Counted from the first letter of the stretch, positions 1 to 12,101 are shown. The stretch: 64,000 nt of DNA from Thermoanaerobaculia bacterium (GCA_947259195.1 CAMYLC010000021.1:34148-98147); one strand, 5' to 3'. Numbers and translations: made by a program. Notes: generated by a model not told the origin, from the letters alone.

Positions 1-1
1 C

Positions 2-1924
<1,923 letters not shown>

Positions 1925-2093
1925 TCGAAAGAACCGCGAGGTGTCGAAGGAGGCCGAAGTCTGCCCCCCTTCTTCTTGCTCACAGGGACGAACCTCTGGC
2001 ACCTCCCAGAGTGGATTCCGCTGGCGGCAAATGGCTTGACGGAGTACTGAGGCGCGGGTGCCTCGGTGAAGAAAGCAAAGGGAAAAGGAGGGA

Positions 2094-2194
2094 GGAGGGC
2101 AACTCTGTCGAGGAGTCGCGGGTTGTCGGCTGAGGTGCTGGACAGCCGAAAGGGCTTTGAGTCGGTTGGCGGGCCAGCGGCTCAGTTGCCCTCC
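2094..2194. repeat. Intergenic inverted repeat / ~100-nt hairpin
   Basis: GGAGGGCAACT (2094-2104) is the exact reverse complement of AGTTGCCCTCC (2184-2194); inner stem TCGGCTG (2126-2132) / CAGCCGA (2143-2149). Confidence 0.6.
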
Positions 2195-2264
2195 ATCTAA
2201 AGTAGTTCCCGCAGGCGCCCGAAATCTGACAAGAAAGTGAGTGGCTCGGGCTACAATGCTCTGG

Positions 2265-3286
2265 ATGCTCGCTGTCGGGATCGTCGGTCTGCCCAACACG
2301 GGCAAGTCCAGCCTCTTCAATGCTCTGTCGGCCGGACAGGCTGAGGTTTCCAACTATCCGTTCACCACCATCGACAGCAACCTGGGTGTTGTTTCGGTGC
2401 CGGATGCGCGGCTCGACGAGCTGCGGAGTGTCGTCGAGCCCAGTTCTTAGGTGCCATTCGTCAGGTGGATGCCATTGCCCACGTGGTCCGTTGCTTCGGC
2501 GGCACCGAGGTTGCCCACGTATTTGCCAATGTCGATGCGGTTCGCGACGCGGAGATCGTCGAAACGGAGCTTTTGCTGGCCGACCTCGAGATCCTGCGCA
2601 GGATTCTCGAAAAGCGCCGCAAAGAGTGGCAGACGAACGCCAAGGCCTACAAGGGCGACAAGGATCGGCTCGAGCACTACCTGGAGCTGCTGACGGCGGG
2701 CATCCCTCTACGGAGCGTCAGGCCCGGCCGACAAGCTCTTCAGGAGATGAAGGCTCTCGGCCTGTTGACCGGCAAACCCACCCTGTATGTGGCCAACGTA
2801 GGAGAACAGGAACTGGGCGAGGGGTCTGTGCCTGCGGTGGCCGACCTGGTTCGACTGGGGCCCTGGCCCGGCGCAGACGAAGAGGCCATCGTCGTGCCCG
2901 TTTCGGCCAAGATCGAGTGGGAGTTGATGCAGCTCGAGCCTGATGAGCGCCTCCTGTTCATGGAGGAACTGGGGCTCGAGGCCACCGGTCTCGACAGGGT
3001 TGTCGAAGCTTCGTTTCGACTCCTGGGCCTGATTCGGTTCTATACCCTGGCGAACCGGAAGCTGCAGGCCTGGGAGGTTCCTTCAGGCACTCTCGCACCG
3101 CAGGCCGCCGGTCAGATTCACAGTGACATGGAGCGCGGTTTCATTCGAGCCCACGTGGCCACTTTCGAGCAGGTACGGGAGCATGGCAGCTTCCAGAAGC
3201 TCCACCACCTCGGTCTGCTGCGGACCGAAGGCAAGGACTACGCCATCCAGGATGGCGATGTCGTGGAGTTCTTCTTCAGCGGTTGA
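2265..3286 (+). pseudogene. ychF: Redox-regulated ATPase YchF with internal deletion and frameshift (or assembly error)
   Basis: N-part [11 protein letters not shown]...[10 protein letters not shown]...VPDARL ends at TAG 2448-2450. Another frame resumes at 2441 with [19 protein letters not shown], then ANVGE (G4) and the TGS C-terminus EGKDYAIQDGDVVEF. The G3 DIAG...GEGLGN segment is absent. Confidence 0.85.
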
Positions 3287-3350
3287 AACACCTGTCGAAG
3301 GAAAGCCGCGCGGCTCAGTCGTATTGCAGAACCGGCAGCAGCAGGCCCGG

Positions 3351-4220
3351 TCAGTCGTCGAGTGACGCCAGGAGAGTTCTGGCATCCTCGATGACCTGGG
3401 TTTGCTCGACGACCCAGGCCGGATCGGGCTCGCGCTGGACAAGATCCTCCAGCAGGCCTCGAGCCTCCTGCTCCTGGTCTGGGAAGTGCTCCAACAGGGC
3501 GTCGGCAAGGTAGTAGAGGGTGAGCGGTGCGTCGGGCACCAGCTCGATGGCCCGCCGCAGCTCGCTGACGGCGGTCTTGCGATCCACCCAGCCCGTGAAG
3601 AAGGGGAGTTTGGGAGCCTCGGAGTGGAGCCGCCCCAGAACCCGATGCCCACCTGCTTCCTCGATCTCCTCGTCGATATCGATGACGACCTCGGAAAAGT
3701 TGCGAATCTTCTTGGCGACGCCTTCCTTGGCCGCCGCCATCTTGCCGCGGTAACGCCCCCAGAGGCCCCAGTGAACCGCCGACCAGAAGTAGATAGGCGC
3801 CGCGTCGGCAGTGTCGGCCAAAGCTGCGGCCAGCTTCTCGGTCTTCATGGAGTCGAAATCGGTGCCCAGGCCAGCGGCGATTGCGAGTTGCTCTCGTCCC
3901 ACGTCGGAGATCTCCCTCGCCGTCTCATAGAGGGCGAGCCTTTCATCCGGGTCCTGGAGCACGTGTTCGCCCTGGAAGTAGAGGCTCCTCAGGAGTTTCC
4001 AGCGTGCTTCGATGTTCTGTGGATTCTCGGTCAGGAGTTGTTCGAAAGCGGATATGGACTCGCCGATTGGCTCGGACCGGGCCACCGCGCCGGTGTGTCC
4101 CTCGGCGCGCCGCAGATAGGCGGCGTCTCCACGCAGCATGAGTTCCAGACCCTGCGCCGGTGACGGCGATACGGACGTAACAAGGAGAGTCACTACCAGC
4201 AATGGGGTCAGGGTCTTCAA
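3351..4220 (-). CDS. Exported TPR-like helical protein, TRAP-T TatT / BstC-like
   Basis: TTG start at 4220 with AGGAGG 7 nt upstream; signal peptide (LLVVTLLVTSVSPSPA); pattern YFWSAVHWGLWG...IDEEIEEAGGHRVLGRLHSEAP...LRRAIELVP resembles TatT-family proteins. Confidence 0.6.
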   Translation of the reverse strand: MKTLTPLLVVTLLVTSVSPSPAQGLELMLRGDAAYLRRAEGHTGAVARSEPIGESISAFEQLLTENPQNIEARWKLLRSLYFQGEHVLQDPDERLALYETAREISDVGREQLAIAAGLGTDFDSMKTEKLAAALADTADAAPIYFWSAVHWGLWGRYRGKMAAAKEGVAKKIRNFSEVVIDIDEEIEEAGGHRVLGRLHSEAPKLPFFTGWVDRKTAVSELRRAIELVPDAPLTLYYLADALLEHFPDQEQEARGLLEDLVQREPDPAWVVEQTQVIEDARTLLASLDD

Positions 4221-4509
4221 GGTCGCACCTCCTGCGGATGCCGGCTTGCTTGCTGCCCACCGGGGTCGAGGGTGAGAATTCAAACCTCTTTTGAGAGCGT
4301 CATCGTATCCTCAAGTGTTGTCCTAGGGTAGCGCAATGACGCGAAGCCATGATAGAAACTGAATGCGCTTCGCAGGATTGGGATGAAGCGCGTCATTTAC
4401 GGAACTACACTCAGGGACTCGCTCGAAGCAGCCCGATAAAGGGGTGCTTTAGCTATGTCCGTGGTGGGTGGTATCCGCTGATCGTTGTGATGGGGAGTTT
4501 CGAGGAGCC

Positions 4510-6528
4510 ATGGATCAGATGTCATCGCAGGGAATTCTGCAGTCCAAGAGCGCTGCACCGCAGGCAGCGCCCGAGGCTGAGGACCGGCGCGCCGAGATTC
4601 TCGATTCGATTCTGAAGGCCCGGCAGCAGCTGCTGAGTCTGCAGGAGACCGACGGGCACTGGTGCGCCGAGCTCGAAGGCGACACCATTCTCGAGAGCGA
4701 GTACATCCTGTTGCTGCACTTCCTGGGCCGAACTGGCGAGGAGAAGGTGCGGAAGGCGGCAAACTACTTGCGAGCCAAGCAGCTTCCAGAGGGCGGTTGG
4801 GCAGGCTATCCGGGCGCTGGCGCCGATGTGAGCACATCGGTCAAGGCCTACTTCGTCTTGAAGCTGGTCGGTGACGACCCCGATGCGCCGCACATGGTGA
4901 GGGCTCGGGTGGTTATTTGTCGCAAGGGTGGCCTGCACGCCTGCAACTCCTTCACCAAGCTCTATCTATCCATCTTCGGGCAGTACCAGTGGGACAAGAG
5001 TCCTGGGGTGCCGCCCGAGCTCGTGCTGCTGCCGCTCTGGTTTCCAATCAACATCTACGACATGTCCTCATGGTCGCGGGGTATCGTCGTGCCCCTGAGC
5101 GTCATCTGGGCTCAGAAGCCGAACTGCCCGGTGCCGAAGCACGCCGCGATCGATGAGCTGCTGGTCGAGAATACGCGACGAGCCGTGCCGCAATTCAGTC
5201 GTGCTTCGCTCCTGCACCACGGATGGTCGGCATTCTTCCAGACTCTCGACTGGGTCCACAAACGAATGGAACAGTGGCATCTGACGCCACTGCGTGGCAG
5301 GGCCTTGAAGCGGGCCGAGGAGTGGATTCTCCCACGGCTCGAGAAGAGCGATGGACTCGGGGCTATCTTCCCACCGATCGTCAACACCATCTTGGCACTG
5401 CGCTGCCTGGGCTACCCCGAAGACCACCCGGTCATCCAAGGTCAGGTCCAGGAGCTCGAAAAGCTGGAGATCGAAGAAGGCGACACGCTGAGGCTCGAGC
5501 CCTGCAAGTCGCCCGTCTGGGACACGGCTTTGTCGCTCAACGCCCTGGGAGAAAGCGATGATCCCGAAACGAGGGAGAGGCTCGAGCGGGGTGTCGAGTG
5601 GTTGCTTTCCAAAGAGGTCAAGGAGCCAGGGGACTGGAAGATCAAGAACCCAGACGCTTCCGTGGGTGGTTGGTACTTCGAGTATGCCAATGAGTTCTAC
5701 CCGGACTGCGACGACACCGCCCAGGTCTTGTCTGCCGTCGCCAAGCTACGCCCCCTCTCCGGGGATCTGGAGGAGCGCTTTTCGGCGGCCTCGAAACGTG
5801 CCCTCTCCTGGCTCATCAGCATGCAGAACCGTGATGGCGGCTGGGCCTCCTTCGACAAGGACTGCAGCAAGGAGTTCTTGACCTACGTTCCATTCGCCGA
5901 TCACAACGCCATGATCGACCCGAGCACCACGGACATCACCGCCAGGGCTCTCGAAGCGTTGTCCGCCCACGACTACGATCTTTCTTCCGACGTCGTCCAG
6001 CGAGCCGTCGCTTTCATCCGCCGTCTGCAAAAACCCGATGGAACCTGGTACGGCCGGTGGGGCTGCAACTACATCTACGGCACCTGGTTGGCCTTATCGG
6101 GCTTGCGGGCTGCCGGACAAGACTTGTCGAAATCCTGGGCCCAGAGCGCTGCGGACTGGTTGAGGAGTTGTCAGAACTCCGACGGTGGATGGGGCGAGCT
6201 GCCCGACTCCTACGCCGATGCCAGCAAGAAGGGGATCGGGCCAAGCACGGCCGCGCAGACCTCCTGGGCACTCTTGGCGCTGTTGTCTACTGGCGATCGA
6301 GACAGCGACAATGTCAGGCGGGCTGTCGAATACCTGTTGGTCCAGCAGCAGGCCGACGGCAGCTGGAAGGACGAATGGTGGACAGGCACGGGTTTTCCGG
6401 AAGTCTTCTATCTGGACTATCATCTGTACGCAACCTATTTCTCACTGCTCGCTCTGGAGAGCTACCGCAAGGTGGTGGCGGCAAACGGTGATGTCGGATC
6501 GCCCCCTGCTGTCCTGCATGCCGTGTGA
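4510..6528 (+). CDS. shc: Squalene-hopene cyclase
   Basis: QETDGHWCAEL, SPVWDT, GGWYFEYANEFYPDCDDTA (DXDD), QW repeats (QNRDGGW, QKPDGTW, QNSDGGW, QQADGSW), GTGFP; RBS GAGGAG before ATG 4510. Confidence 0.97.
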   Translation: MDQMSSQGILQSKSAAPQAAPEAEDRRAEILDSILKARQQLLSLQETDGHWCAELEGDTILESEYILLLHFLGRTGEEKVRKAANYLRAKQLPEGGWAGYPGAGADVSTSVKAYFVLKLVGDDPDAPHMVRARVVICRKGGLHACNSFTKLYLSIFGQYQWDKSPGVPPELVLLPLWFPINIYDMSSWSRGIVVPLSVIWAQKPNCPVPKHAAIDELLVENTRRAVPQFSRASLLHHGWSAFFQTLDWVHKRMEQWHLTPLRGRALKRAEEWILPRLEKSDGLGAIFPPIVNTILALRCLGYPEDHPVIQGQVQELEKLEIEEGDTLRLEPCKSPVWDTALSLNALGESDDPETRERLERGVEWLLSKEVKEPGDWKIKNPDASVGGWYFEYANEFYPDCDDTAQVLSAVAKLRPLSGDLEERFSAASKRALSWLISMQNRDGGWASFDKDCSKEFLTYVPFADHNAMIDPSTTDITARALEALSAHDYDLSSDVVQRAVAFIRRLQKPDGTWYGRWGCNYIYGTWLALSGLRAAGQDLSKSWAQSAADWLRSCQNSDGGWGELPDSYADASKKGIGPSTAAQTSWALLALLSTGDRDSDNVRRAVEYLLVQQQADGSWKDEWWTGTGFPEVFYLDYHLYATYFSLLALESYRKVVAANGDVGSPPAVLHAV

Positions 6529-6566
6529 AGCCCTGGCGAGCTGAATCAATAGCGGAGCACGACGAC

Positions 6567-7568
6567 ATGCGATTTCCTCTACACATCACCACTGACAACA
6601 TCAAGCATTCGATGAAGAATGCGTTGCAGGGCAACCGGCGCTACCCGTTCGTCCTCATGCTGGAGCCGCTCTACACCTGCAACCTGGCCTGCATCGGTTG
6701 TGCGGTCGAGCGGCATACCGGTAAGCTCAAGGACCGGTTGCCGGTCGAGCTCTGCCTGCAGGCAGTGGACGAGTCTGGTGCGCCGGGGGTGTCGCTGTGC
6801 GGTGGCGAGCCGACGGTCTACCCCGAGCTCAGGGAGCTCGTCAACGGCATCATCGAGCGCAACCGTCACATCTATCTCTGCACCAACGCACTGCTGATGG
6901 ACGAGAAGGTCTTCGGTCTTATTGATCCTCACAAGCGATTGACCATCAATGTTCACCTGGACGGCATGCGGGAGACACACGACCACGTCTGTGCCCGTGA
7001 TGGGGTGTTCGACAAGGCCATCGAGATGATCAAGGAGTCCAAACGCCTCGGCTATCACACCATCACCAACACGACGATCTTCAAGGAGACCAAGATCTCG
7101 GAGGTCGAAGAGCTCTGTGAGTACATGGCCAGCCTCGATATCGATGGCATGCTGATCTCACCCGGCTATCAATACGAGTCGGTGGAAGAAGACATCTTCA
7201 TGACCCGGCAAGACATCTACGACAAGTTCCAGCGTGTACTGGAGATCTCCAAGCGGTATCGATTGACGTCGACTCCGATGTTTCTGGAGTTCGCTGCAGG
7301 GCTGCGTGACTACAAGTGCTCGCCATGGAGCACGGTGACCTTCACACCCAACGGCTGGAAGGGCCCCTGCTATCTGATCGGCAAGAAGTTCACCTGGTCG
7401 TGGGAGGAGTTCTGGCATCTCACCGACTGGGACTATTGGGAGTCACGTGAGGATCGGCTGTGTCAGAACTGTCTGATGCACTCCGGCTTCGAGGCCTCGG
7501 TGGTCAAGGAGCTGCCGCGCAATCCAGGTGACATGGCGCGCCTGATGGCCTGGAATCTGATGGGCTGA
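6567..7568 (+). CDS. hpnH: Adenosylhopane synthase, radical SAM HpnH
   Basis: RYPFVLMLEPLYTCNLACIGC (CxxxCxxC), GGEP, C-terminal CQNCLMHSGFE; directly after shc. Confidence 0.92.
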   Translation: MRFPLHITTDNIKHSMKNALQGNRRYPFVLMLEPLYTCNLACIGCAVERHTGKLKDRLPVELCLQAVDESGAPGVSLCGGEPTVYPELRELVNGIIERNRHIYLCTNALLMDEKVFGLIDPHKRLTINVHLDGMRETHDHVCARDGVFDKAIEMIKESKRLGYHTITNTTIFKETKISEVEELCEYMASLDIDGMLISPGYQYESVEEDIFMTRQDIYDKFQRVLEISKRYRLTSTPMFLEFAAGLRDYKCSPWSTVTFTPNGWKGPCYLIGKKFTWSWEEFWHLTDWDYWESREDRLCQNCLMHSGFEASVVKELPRNPGDMARLMAWNLMG

Positions 7569-7668
7569 CATGCAACCTCTGGACCGGGTATTTGCCTCTC
7601 CTGCGGCTGGAGAAAAGCCCGGCATGAGAGTGCCCGGTTCGATCAGAGTAAGTCCATAGGAAACCCCC

Positions 7669-8658
7669 ATGAAGGTCTTTCTCACCGGTGCCACCGGCTT
7701 CATCGGCGGGCACCTGCTCCGGGCTCTACTCGAGGCTGGAGCAGAAGTGCGCTGCCTGAGGCGAGCCGAGAGTCTGCGCCGGAATCTCGACGGTCTGGAG
7801 GTAGAAGTGGTCATGGGTGACCTTCGGGATGGCGACTCTCTTCGGGTTGGCCTGCAGGGGTGCGAGATGGTGTTTCACTGCGCCGCCGACTACCGGCTGT
7901 TCAGCAAGAACCCGGACGAGCTCTACGAGTCCAACGTCGAAGGGACTCGCAACCTGCTGCGGGCCGCCTCGGAAGCGGGGGCAAAGCGCGTCGTCTACAC
8001 CAGCTCGGTGGGAGCCCTCGGTCTCAACCCTGACGGATCGCCGGCCGACGAGGAGGCGCCAGTCACTCTCGAGGACATGGTCGGGCACTACAAGAGGAGC
8101 AAGTTCCTGGCCGAGCGAGTGGCGGACGAGTGGGTTGAAATGGGGCTTCCGATCGTGATCGTGAATCCTTCGACCCCGGTCGGGGAAGGTGACCTCAAAC
8201 CCACTGCGACAGGTCAGATGATCGTCGACTTCCTCAATCGGAAGACGCCGGCATATGTGGACACGGGGCTGAACCTGGTTGACGTGCACGATGTGGCTCT
8301 GGGTCACATTCGCGCCGCCGAAAAGGGAAGAGTCGGGGAGAAGTACATCCTCGGCAACCGCGACATGAGTTTGCAGGAGATCTTCTTGACGCTTGGTGGA
8401 TTGACGGGGCTGCCGGCTCCGAAGATGAAGGTTCCGCATTGGCTGCCACTTTGTTGGGCAGCACTCGACACGGGCTTCAGCCGCCTCGTCGGGCGCACAC
8501 CTGGGGTGCCGCTCGAGGCGGTACGACTGTCGCGATACAAGATGTACTTCGACGCCAGCAAAGCGGTGCGCGAGCTCGGCTTGCCCCAGACTGCGATCGA
8601 AGAACCGCTGCAAAGAGCCGTGGACTGGTTCAGCGCCAACGGCTACGTGACGCGCTAG
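7669..8658 (+). CDS. hpnA: Hopanoid-associated NAD-dependent epimerase/dehydratase HpnA
   Basis: TGATGFIG, FHCAADYRL, YKRSK, VNPSTPVGEGDLKPTATG; hopanoid context. Confidence 0.9.
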   Translation: MKVFLTGATGFIGGHLLRALLEAGAEVRCLRRAESLRRNLDGLEVEVVMGDLRDGDSLRVGLQGCEMVFHCAADYRLFSKNPDELYESNVEGTRNLLRAASEAGAKRVVYTSSVGALGLNPDGSPADEEAPVTLEDMVGHYKRSKFLAERVADEWVEMGLPIVIVNPSTPVGEGDLKPTATGQMIVDFLNRKTPAYVDTGLNLVDVHDVALGHIRAAEKGRVGEKYILGNRDMSLQEIFLTLGGLTGLPAPKMKVPHWLPLCWAALDTGFSRLVGRTPGVPLEAVRLSRYKMYFDASKAVRELGLPQTAIEEPLQRAVDWFSANGYVTR

Positions 8659-8674
8659 ACGGGATCTGGGACCC

Positions 8675-9439
8675 ATGCAATCGACGGTACAGACGAATCC
8701 GAGTCGGACGCCCCCGCGAGTCGTGGTCGTCGCCGCCATGGAAGAGGAGCTCCATTCTCTCCGTCAGAGACTCTCGGACGTCGAGAAGGTATCGCTTCCT
8801 TCAGGCTCGGCGGTCCGCGGCCACCTCGAGTCAGAGGAGATGCTGCTGATAGCCACCGGCGAGGGCTCGGTGGCTGCCGAGAAGGGGCTGTCGGCCCTCT
8901 TGTCAGACCAGAACATCGAGGCTCTGCTGGTGGTGGGAGTCGCCGGCGCGATTTCACCAGATCTGGCAGTCGGAGATCTCGTAGCCGTGGACTCGGTCAG
9001 AGACAAGCGGGGCAAGATTCCATCGCCCGACGCCTCACTACTTCAGCGAGCTCTCACCGCGGACAATGTCGTGCAAGGAGGAGTGGTGAGCGTCGACACG
9101 ATCGTGGTCGAGGCTGCGGCGAAAAGAGCTCTTTGGCAGTCCATTGGTGGCGGGCCGTTCCAGGTCGTCGATCTGGAATCGGCGACGTATGCGCGTTTGG
9201 CGACGGAGAGAGGTATCCCCTACTTCGTCCTGCGTGCCGTCAGCGACACCGCCAGTGAGAGCTTGCCGCTCGATTTCAATGAGTTCCGCAGCTCGGACGG
9301 CAGCATCGATCGAGGCAAAGTGGCACGACATCTGATCTTCCATCCCCACCTACTTGGCTCCTTGAAGGGCCTGCGCACTCGGTTGAGAGAATGCGCGGTC
9401 TCGATGGCGGATGTGGTCGAAGGGATTCTGAAATCGTGA
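8675..9439 (+). CDS. hpnG: Hopanoid-associated nucleosidase/phosphorylase HpnG (PNP_UDP family)
   Basis: VVAAMEEE, GVAGAISPDLAVGD, VDLES, LRAVSD; position in hpn cluster. Confidence 0.8.
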   Translation: MQSTVQTNPSRTPPRVVVVAAMEEELHSLRQRLSDVEKVSLPSGSAVRGHLESEEMLLIATGEGSVAAEKGLSALLSDQNIEALLVVGVAGAISPDLAVGDLVAVDSVRDKRGKIPSPDASLLQRALTADNVVQGGVVSVDTIVVEAAAKRALWQSIGGGPFQVVDLESATYARLATERGIPYFVLRAVSDTASESLPLDFNEFRSSDGSIDRGKVARHLIFHPHLLGSLKGLRTRLRECAVSMADVVEGILKS

Positions 9440-10848
9440 AACGTCCCACCATTTGGCCTCAGCCCATGGCAACAAGGACCTTGGTCTTCGGCCTGCTGGT
9501 CGTCACTCTTCTGGCGGCAGTTGCGGGGGCTGAGGAGTTGTCCAAGAGAAGGCTCTTTATTGCCCTGGACGCTGTTCCTTACCAGATAGCGGCCGATGTC
9601 ATGAATCCGGCCCTGGGCGACGAGGCGCTGTTTCAGGGCTTCGAGGGCCCGGTGCGGCTGGTCAGCACGTTCCCGTCGTCGACGAGCGTGGCGCTGCCCG
9701 GCATCCTCGGGCCGATCGGGCTCGAGAGGTCCCCGGGTTACGAGGCCCGCTTCTTCGATTGGCAGGAGGGCAAGGTCAGGGGCGGCGGTGCCGTCAGCTA
9801 TGGCCGCATCGAATTTCCTTGGCGCGACTTCTTCGACTGGGGCCGAAAGGGTGTTGCGGGAAGCGCCATCGAGGCTGTCAAGCCGGTCAAGTCGGGCATC
9901 AAGCGCCTGCGCAATGCCATGGACGATTTCGTTCGATCGGACAAGGATGAGTTCTGGATCTACTCTGCGGCGACGGATATCGCAGGTCACGTGCTCAGTC
10001 CGCAGGCGCACGTTGACTTCTTCAAGGCGCTGGACGAGATGATTCTGGAAGCACGCCAGGCTTCACCCGATCGTCCTTTCGACGTCGTCGTCTTTTCCGA
10101 TCACGGCATGGATGGCGGCGAGCCGCTGATCAACGTCTTCAAGCCGGCCAAGAGGGCTCTCAAGCAAGCCGGTTACCGGAGCAAGAAACGGCTGAAGGGC
10201 ACCGAAGACGTAGTGCTGACGCCCTTCGGATTGGTCTCCAACTTCGAGGCCTACACTGTCGACGAGAACAAGGGACGGGTGGCCGAGATTCTGGCCGCCG
10301 TCGAGGGTGTGGACCTGTGCGCCTACAAGCTGGAAGAGGGATGGCGGATCGAAAGTCATCGCGGCAACGCTACCCTCCAGCAGAAGGAGGTCGACGGCGA
10401 GCTCTGGTGGAAGTACGAGCCCCACCATGGTGACCCATTGCAGTTCCAGGACCTGGTTCCAGCCATGGAGGAGGAGGGACAGGTGCGAGATGGTTGGCTC
10501 TCTGACGCTGCCTGTTTCGAAGCCACGGTCGTAGCCGAGAATCCAGATCCGTTCTATCGCATCGCTCATGCCTTTGAGCTGACGACGAATCCGGCCTCGG
10601 TGATCTGCTCGGCGAGTCGGGGATACATGTATGGTGCTCCCCATACAGGGGTCTTGGCCCAGATCGGCAAGGGCCACCTGCGTTGGACCCACGGCGCCTT
10701 GAACCGCGAGGCCACCCTCGGCTTCCTGTTCAGCGATGTCGCGGGCTGGGAGGCCCCCGAGGCCGTCCGATTCGATCGCGCCATCCTGCCCTTTCACGAC
10801 GCTGCGGAGGGCGAGCCGGAGACCAAACTCTCAAAGTCGTCCCAGTAG
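9436..10848 (+). CDS. Exported alkaline-phosphatase-superfamily (NPP-like) protein
   Basis: GTG overlaps the hpnG stop (alternative ATG 9466); signal-like LVFGLLVVTLLAAVAGA; metal/nucleophile motifs IALDA, STFPSST, DIAGH, FSDHG, THG. Confidence 0.65.
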   Translation: MKRPTIWPQPMATRTLVFGLLVVTLLAAVAGAEELSKRRLFIALDAVPYQIAADVMNPALGDEALFQGFEGPVRLVSTFPSSTSVALPGILGPIGLERSPGYEARFFDWQEGKVRGGGAVSYGRIEFPWRDFFDWGRKGVAGSAIEAVKPVKSGIKRLRNAMDDFVRSDKDEFWIYSAATDIAGHVLSPQAHVDFFKALDEMILEARQASPDRPFDVVVFSDHGMDGGEPLINVFKPAKRALKQAGYRSKKRLKGTEDVVLTPFGLVSNFEAYTVDENKGRVAEILAAVEGVDLCAYKLEEGWRIESHRGNATLQQKEVDGELWWKYEPHHGDPLQFQDLVPAMEEEGQVRDGWLSDAACFEATVVAENPDPFYRIAHAFELTTNPASVICSASRGYMYGAPHTGVLAQIGKGHLRWTHGALNREATLGFLFSDVAGWEAPEAVRFDRAILPFHDAAEGEPETKLSKSSQ

Positions 10849-10985
10849 GTCAAAGGAACCACCCGGTGAGTCGCCCGAGTCGCGGGCAACGACCCTCACG
10901 ACTGTTTTCAGCATTGCAGGTAAGCTATAAGATAACGGTTCATACCATTCCCCATTTGATGTCGAACAGGCCGATGAGTGGAACA

Positions 10986-12101
10986 ATGAATGTCGAGGAG
11001 GCAGGCCACAGGCAGGCAACGCAAGCGGCTGGCACCGATTTCGGTGAGCTACTGGTCTCTTTCCGGGGCCGGTTGGAGACCGATCTCATGGCCTGGGTCG
11101 AGGCCAAGCGCCTGGCAACCCGCGCCGAGCTCGCGGAAGCCGATGAGCTGACCGGTGTGCTGTCGGAGTTCCTGGCGCGCGATGGGAAGCGATTGCGCCC
11201 TGCCCAGGTCTACTACAGCTACAGAGCTTGTGGCGGCGACTCGGAGCCGGTTGTCATGCCGGTAGCCATGGCTGTCGAGCTGCTGCACACCTACCTTCTG
11301 GTGCACGATGACATCATGGATCACGCTGAGACGCGGCGGGGAGAGCCGGCCGTGCATGTGCTGTTCAGCGACCTTCACCGTGACCGCGGATGGCAGGGCG
11401 ACTCCAGCCACTTCGGTACTTCTGTGGGCATCTTGCTTGGCGACTTGGCAGAGTCGTACGCCGTCGAGCTCTACTCGTCTTCCGCGATGTCGGAGGACGT
11501 GAGAGCCGATGTGCGGCAGTGCTTTTCCACCATGTGCCAGGAAGTCATTGTCGGGCAGTATCTGGAGATGACGGCCGGGTACCGCGGTACCCTCACCGAG
11601 GCAGAGCTGCTGCGGATCCTGCAGATGAAGTCGGGCCGCTACAGTGTCGAGCGGCCGGTTCAGCTGGGAGCACTGCTGGCTGGAGCTTCTGGAGACACTC
11701 TCGATGCTCTGACCCGATACGGGGCTCGGCTTGGTGAGGCCTTCCAACTCCAGGACGATCTGCTTGGGATGTTTGGTGACGTCGAGACGGTGGGCAAACC
11801 GGTGGGCGAAGATCTGGCCGAAGGCAAGTACACGATCTTGATCCACAGCGCTCTCGCTAAGCTCTCACCTGCTGGCCGGACAATCGTGGAGAGGGCACTC
11901 GGCAATGCCGGTGTACGAGAAGACGAGGTCAGAGAAGTCCAGAGGCTCATCGAAAGCGTCGGCGCTCGCCAACAGGTCGTCGAGATGATCGACACACGCC
12001 TGCAGGCCGCCGAAGAGGCTCTCGACGAGGCCGATGTGACAGGGCCCGGAGCTGATTTCCTCCAGGGTTTGATGGACTACCTTCGCGGGCGAGAGCGGTA
12101 G
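10986..12101 (+). CDS. Short-chain polyprenyl diphosphate synthase (FPP/GGPP synthase, IdsA-like)
   Basis: GKRLRP, YLLVHDDIMD...RRG (FARM with Tyr five residues upstream), GQYLE, KSGRY, FQLQDD, EGKYT. Start uncertain (10959-10986). Confidence 0.9.
   Translation: MNVEEAGHRQATQAAGTDFGELLVSFRGRLETDLMAWVEAKRLATRAELAEADELTGVLSEFLARDGKRLRPAQVYYSYRACGGDSEPVVMPVAMAVELLHTYLLVHDDIMDHAETRRGEPAVHVLFSDLHRDRGWQGDSSHFGTSVGILLGDLAESYAVELYSSSAMSEDVRADVRQCFSTMCQEVIVGQYLEMTAGYRGTLTEAELLRILQMKSGRYSVERPVQLGALLAGASGDTLDALTRYGARLGEAFQLQDDLLGMFGDVETVGKPVGEDLAEGKYTILIHSALAKLSPAGRTIVERALGNAGVREDEVREVQRLIESVGARQQVVEMIDTRLQAAEEALDEADVTGPGADFLQGLMDYLRGRER

Noticed and set aside
2436-2470. Programmed ribosomal frameshift in ychF
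   Set aside because: No slippery sequence, and essential coding sequence (G3 motif) is physically missing, so a frameshift would not restore the protein.
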